64,000 bases of DNA from Candidatus Levyibacteriota bacterium. GTDB lineage: Bacteria > Patescibacteriota > Microgenomatia > Levybacterales > UBA12049. Below are positions 29,059 to 39,005 of this stretch, piece by piece (within the stretch, counting starts at the first letter, position 1; the number at the start of each line of letters is the position of its first letter). The stretch lies in assembly GCA_027459745.1 (NCBI GenBank), contig DAIDHL010000001.1, forward strand, positions 13,828-77,827, read 5' to 3'. The translations under genes and the position numbers were made by a program. The notes beneath the pieces are model-generated. The model was not told where the DNA came from, made no database searches, and saw nothing but the letters and a program-made list of their open reading frames with translations.

Positions 29059-32000
29059 ATGAACTTAATGCATGAACTGAGTTACATTTTTTTAAATAAT
29101 GTTTCGGTTGACTCTTGGCAATTATATTCACCCATAGTTTTAATACTGCTAATGATAGTAGGATATGCCTTATCGCCCTTCATTAGAAAGCATTTGTTAT
29201 TTATTTATACATCGTTTTTAACTCTATTTATCCCTTTATATCCTAAGATTCCTATAGAAGGCGTACGCAATACTTTTGTATATCTAAGATTAGATGATAT
29301 TGCCGTGGCAATTGGAGTAGTATTATGGCTGTTTTATCTAGTTAAAAAGAAAACTACTTGGAAGACACCTTTAACTATTCCTATCTTAATATATTGGGTA
29401 ATAGGTTTAATTTCTACAGTAGTTGCTTTAATATTTATTTTCCCAACGCTTCCAAACGTATTCCCGCATAATGCGATACTTTTTTACTTGCGGCATATTG
29501 AATATTTAATTGTGTACTTTTTGGCCTTTTCAGCCATGCGAGATAAGAAATATTTGCCCTGGATGAGCGGTATTTTGGTATTTACAATGCTGTTAATAAT
29601 CGGATATGGATTTGGTCAGGCAAGATATCCGTCTGTCTTCTTGGCATATTCGACCATGAACGAACAGTTTGCCAAAGGTATTCCGTTGATTCTGCAATCA
29701 GGAGCTAGAATTCAGGCCACCTTTGCAGGTCATTATGATCTGGCTGCTTATCTAGTGCTCTTAATTCCTTTGATTGGTAGCTTAGTATTCGGGACAAAAA
29801 AATGGTACTGGAAGATATTGTTTATTCTGACTGCTTTGATGGGTTTAATTTTATTATTGCTTACAGCCTCCAGAACGTCTTATGCAGTATATATAGTTGC
29901 GGTTATCATGATGCTTATTTTGCAGAAGAAAAAGATTTGGATTGTACCAGTTTTGGTCGTAAGCGTGTTACTTCTGTTATCTTTTCATACATTAGCCCAA
30001 AGATTTGCTGATACCTTGACCCAGCAATCTGTAGTTATTGATGCGAGAACTCATCAGGTTGTAGGTTTGGCAAATCAGAATAAGAAGACTGGTAAGGTGA
30101 CTGTTGTAGAAAAAACCGCTGTAGGGCAAAATTTAGCTCCAGGAAGCGGGTATATTGTATCTAATACCCAACAACCTATTCAGAAAACCACGGACGTAAC
30201 TTTTAAGAAGACTACTTTGCGGGCCGGAAGTGAGTCAGCTCAAATTACTAACCTGCGTGGGGACTTTGTCGTGCAGAAGGCTTTAGCATATGATGATTCC
30301 TTTACGACCCGTTTTCAAGGAGAATGGCCCATTGCAATTGCTGCGTTCTTGCGTGATCCTTTGCTGGGAAGTGGATATTCATCTATTGGCTTGGCCAGTG
30401 ATAACAATTACTTACGTATGTTAGGAGAAACGGGCTTATTGGGATTTTTGTCATTTCTGTTCATTTTTCTTATGACTGGGATTTATGCCTATAGGGTATT
30501 GCCAGATGTAGATTCACCTTTGGCCAAAAGTATGGTTTTTGGTACTCTGTCAGGTATCTTTGGCTTGGGATTAAACGCTATTTTAATTGATGTTTTCGAG
30601 GCTTCCAAGGATGCTTATGCACTTTGGTTATTACTAGGTATAACCATAGGTATATTGTCTTTGTATCAAAAGCATAAAGTTAATTTTATTTCAGATTTAA
30701 AAATCTTAATTTCCACTCCAGCTGTCGCCGTCTATTTCTTAATCGCTTGTTTGGGACTATTTATTAATAGTTTGAATAATTTCTTTGTAGCAGATGATTT
30801 TACTTGGTTGCGTTGGGTAGCAGATTGCAATAAGGTAGTTGTAAATGGTGTTGGGACTTGTGAGTCTGTAAAAGTTACCTTGTTACACTTTTTTACGAAC
30901 GCTGGTGGATTCTTCTATCGTCCGATGGAAAAATTATACTTTTACTTTATGTACACGCTCTTTGGATTTAATCCCACACCTTTTCATGCAGTTTCTGTTA
31001 TTACTCATTGGCTAGTCACAGTATTAATTTACATATTATCTAAAAGATTATTTGCTAATAAAAAATTCCCCGCTTTCTTGGTGGCTGTAGTTTTCATGTT
31101 GCTTAGTAGTCATACAGAAGACATTTACTGGATTTCTGCATCGGGTCATCTATTCGTAGCTCTATTTAGTTTATTGGCTGTACTATTTTATGACAATTAT
31201 CGTTTACATAAAAAGAAAATACAACTTATTTTAAGCTTACTTGCAGCGCTTATTGCACCGATGTTTCATGAGTCAGGAGTTATGGCTTCTGTTCTAGTGC
31301 TGTTATATGCAATAGTAATGGATTGGAATAATCTGCATAAGAGGGGAGCAAAGATATGGAGCTATCTAGTATGGTTAATGCCATTACCAGTATATTTTGC
31401 GATGAGAATATATGCAAAAAGTATTTGGAGTGCAGGGGATTATAGTTATAACTTAGCCAAATTACCACTTAATTTCTTTGGCAACATTTTAGGTTATTTT
31501 GTTACTACAATGGCTGGTCTATCATTTGTTTCATCCTATACTTTTATGCGTGATTATGGTAAATCGCATGTTTTAATAGTCATTTTAATTCTTTTAATTA
31601 TTTTAGCTGTTTTGATTGGTATATATTTGTTATTAAGGAAATCTAAAAAAGCATGGAATTATAAATTAATATTAATAGGTTTATTATTTTTTGTGGTGCC
31701 TTTGTTGCCATTCTTGGGACTGGGAAATATGTCCCCAAGATATGAATATTTGGCCAGTTTTGGAATTATATTATTAGTTGTTTATTTATTAGAAAAACTT
31801 TTTAAAGCAGTTAAATTAAATAACACATATGCATTGGGACTAATAAGTGTTATTTTAGTAGGTTTATTTAGTTGGTATCACTATATACAAATTATAAATA
31901 CCAGTGAAGATTGGACTAAGGCTGGTCAAATAGCACAAAATTCCCTGGTGGAAATTTCTAATGAATATGCTCAGCCGGGTTCATTACCTCCGAGTCCTGT

Positions 32001-32250
32001 CTTTTATTTTAGTAATGTACCCGCCACGTATGGTAAAGCGTTAGTTTTTCCGACCGGTATGCAAGATGCAATATGGATGTATTTCCAGGATAAAAATGTC
32101 ATCGTAAAAGAGACGCCCAATATTAATATATCTATTAAAGAAGGCGAAGCCACTACTAGCGCTAGGTTTTATGAATTTGACAAAAATTATAATATCATCG
32201 AAACAGCTCGGACGGTAGTTACTATTACTAAAAATAAAAATGCAAAATAA
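29059..32250 (+). CDS. Fusion of an O-antigen ligase/O-OTase-like (Wzy_C) domain and a TMTC-like GT-C domain
   Basis: N-half: ATFAGHYDL, LTASRTS, PLLGSG, DNNYLRMLGETGLLG. C-half: FVADDF, FYRP, HTEDIYWISA, HESG, RYEYLAS. Confidence 0.7.
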   Translation: MNLMHELSYIFLNNVSVDSWQLYSPIVLILLMIVGYALSPFIRKHLLFIYTSFLTLFIPLYPKIPIEGVRNTFVYLRLDDIAVAIGVVLWLFYLVKKKTTWKTPLTIPILIYWVIGLISTVVALIFIFPTLPNVFPHNAILFYLRHIEYLIVYFLAFSAMRDKKYLPWMSGILVFTMLLIIGYGFGQARYPSVFLAYSTMNEQFAKGIPLILQSGARIQATFAGHYDLAAYLVLLIPLIGSLVFGTKKWYWKILFILTALMGLILLLLTASRTSYAVYIVAVIMMLILQKKKIWIVPVLVVSVLLLLSFHTLAQRFADTLTQQSVVIDARTHQVVGLANQNKKTGKVTVVEKTAVGQNLAPGSGYIVSNTQQPIQKTTDVTFKKTTLRAGSESAQITNLRGDFVVQKALAYDDSFTTRFQGEWPIAIAAFLRDPLLGSGYSSIGLASDNNYLRMLGETGLLGFLSFLFIFLMTGIYAYRVLPDVDSPLAKSMVFGTLSGIFGLGLNAILIDVFEASKDAYALWLLLGITIGILSLYQKHKVNFISDLKILISTPAVAVYFLIACLGLFINSLNNFFVADDFTWLRWVADCNKVVVNGVGTCESVKVTLLHFFTNAGGFFYRPMEKLYFYFMYTLFGFNPTPFHAVSVITHWLVTVLIYILSKRLFANKKFPAFLVAVVFMLLSSHTEDIYWISASGHLFVALFSLLAVLFYDNYRLHKKKIQLILSLLAALIAPMFHESGVMASVLVLLYAIVMDWNNLHKRGAKIWSYLVWLMPLPVYFAMRIYAKSIWSAGDYSYNLAKLPLNFFGNILGYFVTTMAGLSFVSSYTFMRDYGKSHVLIVILILLIILAVLIGIYLLLRKSKKAWNYKLILIGLLFFVVPLLPFLGLGNMSPRYEYLASFGIILLVVYLLEKLFKAVKLNNTYALGLISVILVGLFSWYHYIQIINTSEDWTKAGQIAQNSLVEISNEYAQPGSLPPSPVFYFSNVPATYGKALVFPTGMQDAIWMYFQDKNVIVKETPNINISIKEGEATTSARFYEFDKNYNIIETARTVVTITKNKNAK

Positions 32251-33745
32251 AAAAATATTCTCTCTCATCTTACTATTTTTAATTCTGATAGGCGCATTTG
32301 TAGTTAGATTATACAGATTTAATAATCCAATCGCTGATTGGCATAGTTGGAGACAAGCAGACACATCTGCTGTTTCTAGATATTTTGTGCAACATGGGTA
32401 TGATATTTTACATCCACATTTTGAAGATATTTCAAATGTTCCTTCTGGCTTGGAGAATCCACAAGGTTATAGATTTGTTGAATTTCCAATATACAACGTT
32501 GAACAGGCATTTCTATCTCAAATGTTTCCGTTCTTGACGCTGGAAGAATGGGGGAGGATGGTGAGTATTTTAGCTTCTCTTTTAACTATAGTTTTTTTGT
32601 ATCTTTTAATTAAAAAATATACTGATAGTAATACTGCTATTTTCGTTGCATTCTTGTACGCTTTTATCCCTTACAATATTTACTATAACCGGACGATTTT
32701 GCCTGATACTTCTATGGTTACGGCAATTATTGGAGGAATATATTTTTTTGATAAGTGGCTTGAACAGCAAATAGTTATAAAAAATCATAAATCAACTATA
32801 AAGACTAGACTCATAAGTTTTATATATTTTGCACTGTCCTTATTATTTACAACCGCAGCATTTCTATTAAAACCTTACGCGTTATTTTTTACCTTACCAA
32901 TGATTTATTTGGCTATTATTCATTTTAGATGGAAGATTTTTTTACAGTGGAAATTATATATCTATCTAATAGTCTCAGTTGTGCCTTTAATCTGGTGGAG
33001 AAGCTGGATGCAACAGTGGCCTGCAGGTATACCTGCCAGTAGCTGGCTGTTTAATGGCAATGGAATTCGTTTTAAACCAGCCTATTTTTATTGGCTATAT
33101 GCTGACAGATTAGGCCGTTTAATTATGGGTTATTGGGGTATGTTTCTTTTTCTTTTGGGGATCTCATATATCAGTTCAAAAACTTTTTTTGAGAAATACC
33201 GTATTGCAGTTGGCTTACTTATCAGTTTTATTCTTTCAAGTTTTATATATATTACGGTTATTGCCACAGGCAATGTTCAGCATGATTATTATCAAATCCT
33301 TATAGTTCCAAGTATTGCTATATTTGCAGGTGTGGGTTGCTCTATGCTTTTTAAATCCTCAGGTTCGTTTATAAATCCTATTATGGCCAAGATTTTATTG
33401 TTTGTTACTTTAAGCTTTATGCTCTTCTTTGGTTGGTATTTTGTCCGAACGTATTTTGATATTAATAATCCCAGCATCGTGGTGGCAGGAGAAGCAGTCA
33501 ATAAATTAACTCCTAAAGACGCTAAGGTTATTGCTTCTTATAACGGAGACACTTCCTTTTTATACCAGACTAACCGTCAAGGATGGCCTGTTTTTGCGCA
33601 TAGTCTTTCAGAATTAATACAGATGGGAGCTGATTATATGATATTTGCCAATCCTGCTCCTAATGAACTTGCTTTTAAAAGTCAATACAGAGTGGTAGCT
33701 GAAACACCTCAATATATAATTTATAACTTACACGAGAAACCATGA
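32240..33745 (+). CDS. PMT/ArnT-family (GT-C) membrane glycosyltransferase
   Basis: WHSWRQADT, EFPIYN, RTILPD, LLKP, HDYYQ. Confidence 0.8.
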   Translation: MQNKKIFSLILLFLILIGAFVVRLYRFNNPIADWHSWRQADTSAVSRYFVQHGYDILHPHFEDISNVPSGLENPQGYRFVEFPIYNVEQAFLSQMFPFLTLEEWGRMVSILASLLTIVFLYLLIKKYTDSNTAIFVAFLYAFIPYNIYYNRTILPDTSMVTAIIGGIYFFDKWLEQQIVIKNHKSTIKTRLISFIYFALSLLFTTAAFLLKPYALFFTLPMIYLAIIHFRWKIFLQWKLYIYLIVSVVPLIWWRSWMQQWPAGIPASSWLFNGNGIRFKPAYFYWLYADRLGRLIMGYWGMFLFLLGISYISSKTFFEKYRIAVGLLISFILSSFIYITVIATGNVQHDYYQILIVPSIAIFAGVGCSMLFKSSGSFINPIMAKILLFVTLSFMLFFGWYFVRTYFDINNPSIVVAGEAVNKLTPKDAKVIASYNGDTSFLYQTNRQGWPVFAHSLSELIQMGADYMIFANPAPNELAFKSQYRVVAETPQYIIYNLHEKP

Positions 33746-34941
33746 ATATTCTTGTAGTGAGCTCTTATCTGCCCTTCCCATTACATTCGGGAGGAGAGAC
33801 AAGGCTATATAATTTACTAAAGATTTTAAGCCAAAAACATAAAATAACTTTAGTTTGTGAAATGCGTTCTTTTCAAACTAAGCGGGATATTTTTGAACTG
33901 GAAAAATTTTGTCAAAGTGTCATCACAGTCCCTCGCAAAAAACAATGGAGTCTGAATAATATTTTAAAAACTGGCTTTTCTGCTAACTCTTTCTTAATAA
34001 CAGGACATACTAGTCAATCTATGAGAGATGCCATAACATCTATACTTTTTACACAGCACATTGATTTAATTCACGTAGAGACATCATATGTATTACAAAA
34101 TATTCCAGCAACTAAAGTACCCGTATTATTAGTTGAACATAATATAGAATACCTTGTCTATCAAAGATATTTGGATAAAGGAAATAAACTAAGTAAGCCT
34201 TTATTACAGGTAGATGTCAATAAACTTAAGCGTTTCGAGCAACATGCATGGCGAAGGGCTAGCAGAGTCGCAGCTGTTTCTCCGCAAGAAAGAGATGTAA
34301 TTAAAAAATTAAAATCTGATGTATCAGTTATACCAAATGGTGTGGACTTGGATACTTTCGCCATGAAACATGTACCTTCTTTCTTAAAAACAGTCAAAGA
34401 AAAAAGATTATTATTTATTGGTGATTTCAACTGGATTCAGAATAGAGATGCTGTCTCTTGGTTAATTTTGAAAGTTTGGCCTTTACTTAGAAAAAGATTT
34501 AGTGATAGTAATTTAAAGTTATGGATTGTGGGCAGGCATATTCCAGATAGTATTAAAAATATGTCTGGCCTGGATATTTTAGCAACAGAGTCCGCTCCCA
34601 GTGCCGCTGATGTATTTAGACAGTCATATTTACTACTTGCCCCGATAAGAGTAGGTGGGGGAACAAGTTATAAAATTTTAGAATCAATGGCATGTGGAAC
34701 TCCCGTTATTACTACCTCTCTGGGTGCTGAAGGAATTTTAGCAGATAAGGATAAAGACATATTAGTAGGAAATGAACCAAGTGAAATATGCGATATGGTG
34801 GAGAGGCTATTAGAAAATGATAAAATGTATACCAAAATTGCCGTAAATGCCAGAGAGAAAATCGAACAAAATTATTCTTGGTTAGGTATAGCTAAACAAT
34901 TGGATGAACTATATCACTTAACTGCAGTCACAAAAAAATAG
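33742..34941 (+). CDS. GT4 glycosyltransferase
   Basis: PFPLHSGG, EHNIEY, PNGVD, PIRVGGGTSYKILESMACG. Confidence 0.88.
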   Translation: MNILVVSSYLPFPLHSGGETRLYNLLKILSQKHKITLVCEMRSFQTKRDIFELEKFCQSVITVPRKKQWSLNNILKTGFSANSFLITGHTSQSMRDAITSILFTQHIDLIHVETSYVLQNIPATKVPVLLVEHNIEYLVYQRYLDKGNKLSKPLLQVDVNKLKRFEQHAWRRASRVAAVSPQERDVIKKLKSDVSVIPNGVDLDTFAMKHVPSFLKTVKEKRLLFIGDFNWIQNRDAVSWLILKVWPLLRKRFSDSNLKLWIVGRHIPDSIKNMSGLDILATESAPSAADVFRQSYLLLAPIRVGGGTSYKILESMACGTPVITTSLGAEGILADKDKDILVGNEPSEICDMVERLLENDKMYTKIAVNAREKIEQNYSWLGIAKQLDELYHLTAVTKK

Positions 34942-34968
34942 TAAATAATTTTAATTACTGATTTTAAA

Positions 34969-36360
34969 TTAGAAATCTTTTTTGAAAGGAAGTGTAAAAA
35001 GCTTATTATCCAAACAGTACTTTATTCGATTTAATATAGAAGTTGGGTAGTCTGTGGATAAATAGTCGAATTTTGGTCGATAATAAATGTTATTAATTGA
35101 GATACTGTCCACGTACGAATATAACTTATTTACAGCATCAGGAATACTTACGCCAGAGGCGGTTACGGGAGCAATGACTGTATCGTAACCAACATTGTAG
35201 TAATTGTCTTTTTTTAGAGCTAGTTCATAGAACCAAATATGTTCAGTGTATTTGTCTGGGAAATTAATTGAAATATTTGACTGATAATTGCCTGCTTTTA
35301 AATCTTGAATTAGATTGAACAATGTTATCGAAACTCCCACGCTTCCCAGTTTGTAAGGATTTTTTTTATTAACTACGCTTTCGAAATAATAAGAGAGATT
35401 GGGCATTTGTTCTAATGTAGTATAAAATGAGTTAAATCCAAATCTATTAGGACAAAATTCTCCAAAATATACTTTATTTGTTTTTCTATCAATCAACAAC
35501 GAAGCATCCCAGATGAATAATCCTTTATGTTTTTTTGCTATTTCATCGACAATCGGAGGGAAAGATAAATCATGAATTTTGCTATCCATACTTATCGGGA
35601 AAACTACATCCCCTGCACAGCCCACCTGGTATGAGAGATTGCCGCTACCTATAAACTTATTCTCAAACATGACTGTCATTCCTAGGGGTTGTCCATCATA
35701 ATAAATTTTTTCTGGAGTTATTTCTACTACATCTTCTATCTTCTTTTCTAAAATGAAACCAAACTTCTCATATTCGTGTTGGTTTTTATATAAGTTGTCA
35801 ATTAACTGTTTTCTTGCCTGAAGAGGATCATTTATAGGTGGAACAAATGTCGCGACAGAATCAGTCTGGGATTTTAGCACCCATACTTCTTTACTTTTAT
35901 TCAAAAAAGCTATAGCTTTATCAACAGAGTTAAATTTTTCTATTAACGATTCTGAAATATTAGGATAGTGTTTCTTAACGAATTCTTTTGCTTTATTCCT
36001 GTCCAATTCATACTCTCTATCTTCCTCTGTAGGGAATATGCCTTCAAATCCCATGGCCTGCAATTTTTGAGCGTATTTAAAAACATAATTAGATTCACAA
36101 ATGACAAAATAATCAGAAGGATTTTTGATTTTCTTAGCTTTTTTCAAGAAAACATCAGCATCGATCTTATTAATAATTTTGTTATATAAACTCAATCGTT
36201 GTTTTTTATCTAGAGGAGACTCTTTCTCAAAAGGTTCATTTGAAGTTCTGACATCTTTTAAATTTGCAATTTGGGCGAGTATTACTTCTTGACCTTCTTT
36301 TTGAAGTTTGTATGCAAGCGAGAAAATGAAACCTTCAAAGCCTATGATAATATATTTCAT
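34969..36360 (-). CDS. PurD-like ATP-grasp ligase (divergent GAR synthetase fold), paralog 2
   Basis: ELDRNKAKEF, WVLKS, FILEKKI, ENKFIGSGNLSYQVGCAG, GEFCPNRFG, YYRP; collinear with PurD motifs but substituted. Confidence 0.7.
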   Translation of the reverse strand: MKYIIIGFEGFIFSLAYKLQKEGQEVILAQIANLKDVRTSNEPFEKESPLDKKQRLSLYNKIINKIDADVFLKKAKKIKNPSDYFVICESNYVFKYAQKLQAMGFEGIFPTEEDREYELDRNKAKEFVKKHYPNISESLIEKFNSVDKAIAFLNKSKEVWVLKSQTDSVATFVPPINDPLQARKQLIDNLYKNQHEYEKFGFILEKKIEDVVEITPEKIYYDGQPLGMTVMFENKFIGSGNLSYQVGCAGDVVFPISMDSKIHDLSFPPIVDEIAKKHKGLFIWDASLLIDRKTNKVYFGEFCPNRFGFNSFYTTLEQMPNLSYYFESVVNKKNPYKLGSVGVSITLFNLIQDLKAGNYQSNISINFPDKYTEHIWFYELALKKDNYYNVGYDTVIAPVTASGVSIPDAVNKLYSYVDSISINNIYYRPKFDYLSTDYPTSILNRIKYCLDNKLFTLPFKKDF

Positions 36361-36366
36361 GAGATT

Positions 36367-37779
36367 TTAAAAAGTGACCGGAAAAGGTAGTTTATATAGC
36401 TTTTTTTGTAATCCATATCTTAAACGATTTAATATTGAGCTAGGATAATCCAACGAAAGAAAATCTGATTTAGGGCGATAATAAATTCCTGCCAAAGAAA
36501 ATCCTTCAATGTTTTCAAACAACATTCTAGTCGCTTCATCAATAGAATGGCCAACTCCAGTTATTGGTGCAAGTTGCCAATCATATCCTACGATTCTCAT
36601 TTTATCATTTTTCTTTTTTTTGTAAACGTCCCAAGACCAGATGTGTTTAGAAGCTTCTTGAGTATAATTTACTGAAGCACCGGATAAAAGATGTCTCTCG
36701 GTCGGATCTCGTAATAAATTAAATAATGTAGTTGATACACCTACCGTACCCAATTCAAATGGATTTTCTTTTTTAACAATTTTTTCAAAAAAATAATGAA
36801 TTGAAGGTAATTGAGATAGACATGTAAAAAAAGAGTTATATCCAGGTCGATTAGGGCAAAATTCGCCAAAATAAATATCTCCTGTTTTCTTATCAATTAA
36901 TAAAGATGCGTCCCAAATAAACAGTCCTTTATGTTTTTTTGCCATTTTGTCAATTATAGGGGGGAAAGTTATCTTGTCGATTTTGTTATCTAAATCTATA
37001 GGAAAAACAAGATCAGCTGCACAGCCTGTTTGTAAAGATATATTACCGCTACCTATTTGTTTGTTTTCAAAATTTATAGTTAGAGATAAAAGTTTTCCGT
37101 CATAGTAGATTCTCTCTGGCGTGACCTCCGCAACAGAGATAATTTTCCTTTCCAGAATAAAGCCTGCATCTTCATAATAATCCTTAAATGCTTCCAGAGT
37201 TTCAATAACTTGCCATTTTGCAAGTTCGGGATCATCTGTGTTTGGTACGAAAGTCGGTGCCCATAAGTTTTTACCTTTAAGAACCCATACTTTATCTCCA
37301 TTATTTTCTTTTAAAAATTTCTTTCCTCTTCGGATAGTTCTAAATTCTGCTTTTTCTGCGATTTTAACATCCTTGTAATATTTTTTAACAAAATTTTTAG
37401 AGAAGTCTCTATCGACTTCAAATAAACGATCTTTCTCGGTTGGAAAATTCCCCCGTGTAAATCCTAGCGCCTTGACATGATCTGCGTATCTAAATAAATT
37501 ATTGTAGTCAAAAAAAACAAAGTAATTATCTTTATCTTTGATTCTTTTCATTTGTCTTAAAAGTTTTACGGCAGGAATCTTATTGATCATATTTTTGTAT
37601 AATGACAATCTTCTTTTTTTTTCAACACTGGTTTCGGAGTCATTAGTTTTTTTCTCAATTCTGGTTAAAGTTGTTTTTCTGTCCTCAACTATTCCCACAA
37701 TAACTTCTTGCCCTTCTTCTTGTAGTTTATGTGCAATTGGTAGTCCTTCTCCCGCATATGTGAAGATAATGTATTTCAT
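36367..37779 (-). CDS. PurD-like ATP-grasp ligase (divergent GAR synthetase fold), paralog 1
   Basis: EVDRDFSKNF, WVLKG, FILERKI, ENKQIGSGNISLQTGCAA, GEFCPNRPG. Start set at MKYII (37779) by match to the paralog. Confidence 0.7.
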   Translation of the reverse strand: MKYIIFTYAGEGLPIAHKLQEEGQEVIVGIVEDRKTTLTRIEKKTNDSETSVEKKRRLSLYKNMINKIPAVKLLRQMKRIKDKDNYFVFFDYNNLFRYADHVKALGFTRGNFPTEKDRLFEVDRDFSKNFVKKYYKDVKIAEKAEFRTIRRGKKFLKENNGDKVWVLKGKNLWAPTFVPNTDDPELAKWQVIETLEAFKDYYEDAGFILERKIISVAEVTPERIYYDGKLLSLTINFENKQIGSGNISLQTGCAADLVFPIDLDNKIDKITFPPIIDKMAKKHKGLFIWDASLLIDKKTGDIYFGEFCPNRPGYNSFFTCLSQLPSIHYFFEKIVKKENPFELGTVGVSTTLFNLLRDPTERHLLSGASVNYTQEASKHIWSWDVYKKKKNDKMRIVGYDWQLAPITGVGHSIDEATRMLFENIEGFSLAGIYYRPKSDFLSLDYPSSILNRLRYGLQKKLYKLPFPVTF

Positions 37780-37869
37780 ACTAGTAATTAAAGAATAATT
37801 TCTGCGAAATTGCAAGAATTTATACAACATTGCTTATGTTTTGCTAATAAAATGGAGTTTAAACTCTTG

Positions 37870-37878
37870 TGATATACT
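37870..37878 (+). promoter_or_regulatory. Extended -10 promoter, leaderless
   Basis: TGATATACT, with the ATG at 37887 8 nt downstream. Confidence 0.5.
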
Positions 37879-37886
37879 AGCCATAT

Positions 37887-39005
37887 ATGAAAATTGGTAT
37901 TGATGTTCGTTTATGGAATGAAACAGGGGTAGGAAGATATATAAGAGAATTAGTAAAAAACTTATCAAAAATTGACAAGAAAAATAATTATGTACTTTTC
38001 GCTTTGTCTGAAAATATTGATGAAATAAATAATGTCATTGCAAGTAATTCATTCAAAATAGTGCAAGCAAATTTTCGTTGGCACAGTCTGGAAGAACAAC
38101 TATTATTCTCTATGGCAATTAAAAATGAAGGAGTGGACTTAATGCATTTTCCTTATTTTTCAGTGCCGATTTTATATAATTCACTTTTTGTAGTAACAAT
38201 ACATGATCTTATCTTAAATAACTTTCCAACAGGAAAAGCTTCTACATTACCGTTTTTTGTTTATCAAATAAAACGTTTTGCTTATAACGCTGTTATAGAT
38301 CATGCATTAAATAAGAGCAGTAAAATTATTGTACCCTTAAATGCAGTTAAGGCGGATATACTTAACAAATTTCATTTGAATGAGAATAAAATTGTAGTTA
38401 CCTATGAAGGGAGTTTAGAAGTATCTGATAATAAACGACATATTATTACTAATATTCCAAAGAAATATTTTTTACATGTAGGTAATGTCTATCCGCATAA
38501 GAACTGTGACCGATTAATAAAGTCATTTAAAAAATTGACAGAAGAACAGTTTGATGTAAACTTACTTTTTGTTGGTCGAGAAGATTATTTCATGAAAAGA
38601 TTAAAAAGTAATGTTGAAAATTTGAACTTGAGTAAAAATATTGTATTTGTAGGTGAGGTAACTGATCAAGAATTGAATTTTTATTATAGACAAGCGGTTG
38701 GTGTAGTAATTCCTTCTCTTATGGAGGGTTTTGGTTTACCTGCAATTGAGAGTTTGACAAATTCATCGCTAGTTTTAGCTGCTGATATTCCTGCACTTAG
38801 AGAGGTCTGTGGAGATAGTGCTATATTTTTTGATCCCTATAATGAGAATGATATTGCAGAGTCAATGAAAAAAGCATTAGAATTATCTCCCAATAAAAGA
38901 AAGGAATTATTACAGATTGGAATTACTCATATCAAACAATTCTCTTGGATAAGTATGGCTAAAAATACTTTAAAAATTTATGAAAGTTGCATTAGTCTAC
39001 GATAG
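37887..39005 (+). CDS. GT4 glycosyltransferase (mannosyltransferase-like)
   Basis: TGVGRY, TIHDL, GNVYPHKN, PSLMEGFGLPAIE. Confidence 0.9.
   Translation: MKIGIDVRLWNETGVGRYIRELVKNLSKIDKKNNYVLFALSENIDEINNVIASNSFKIVQANFRWHSLEEQLLFSMAIKNEGVDLMHFPYFSVPILYNSLFVVTIHDLILNNFPTGKASTLPFFVYQIKRFAYNAVIDHALNKSSKIIVPLNAVKADILNKFHLNENKIVVTYEGSLEVSDNKRHIITNIPKKYFLHVGNVYPHKNCDRLIKSFKKLTEEQFDVNLLFVGREDYFMKRLKSNVENLNLSKNIVFVGEVTDQELNFYYRQAVGVVIPSLMEGFGLPAIESLTNSSLVLAADIPALREVCGDSAIFFDPYNENDIAESMKKALELSPNKRKELLQIGITHIKQFSWISMAKNTLKIYESCISLR

Noticed and set aside
34969-37779. Annotating the pair as purD
   Set aside because: Key PurD substrate motifs are substituted, the gene is duplicated, and no pur operon context exists.
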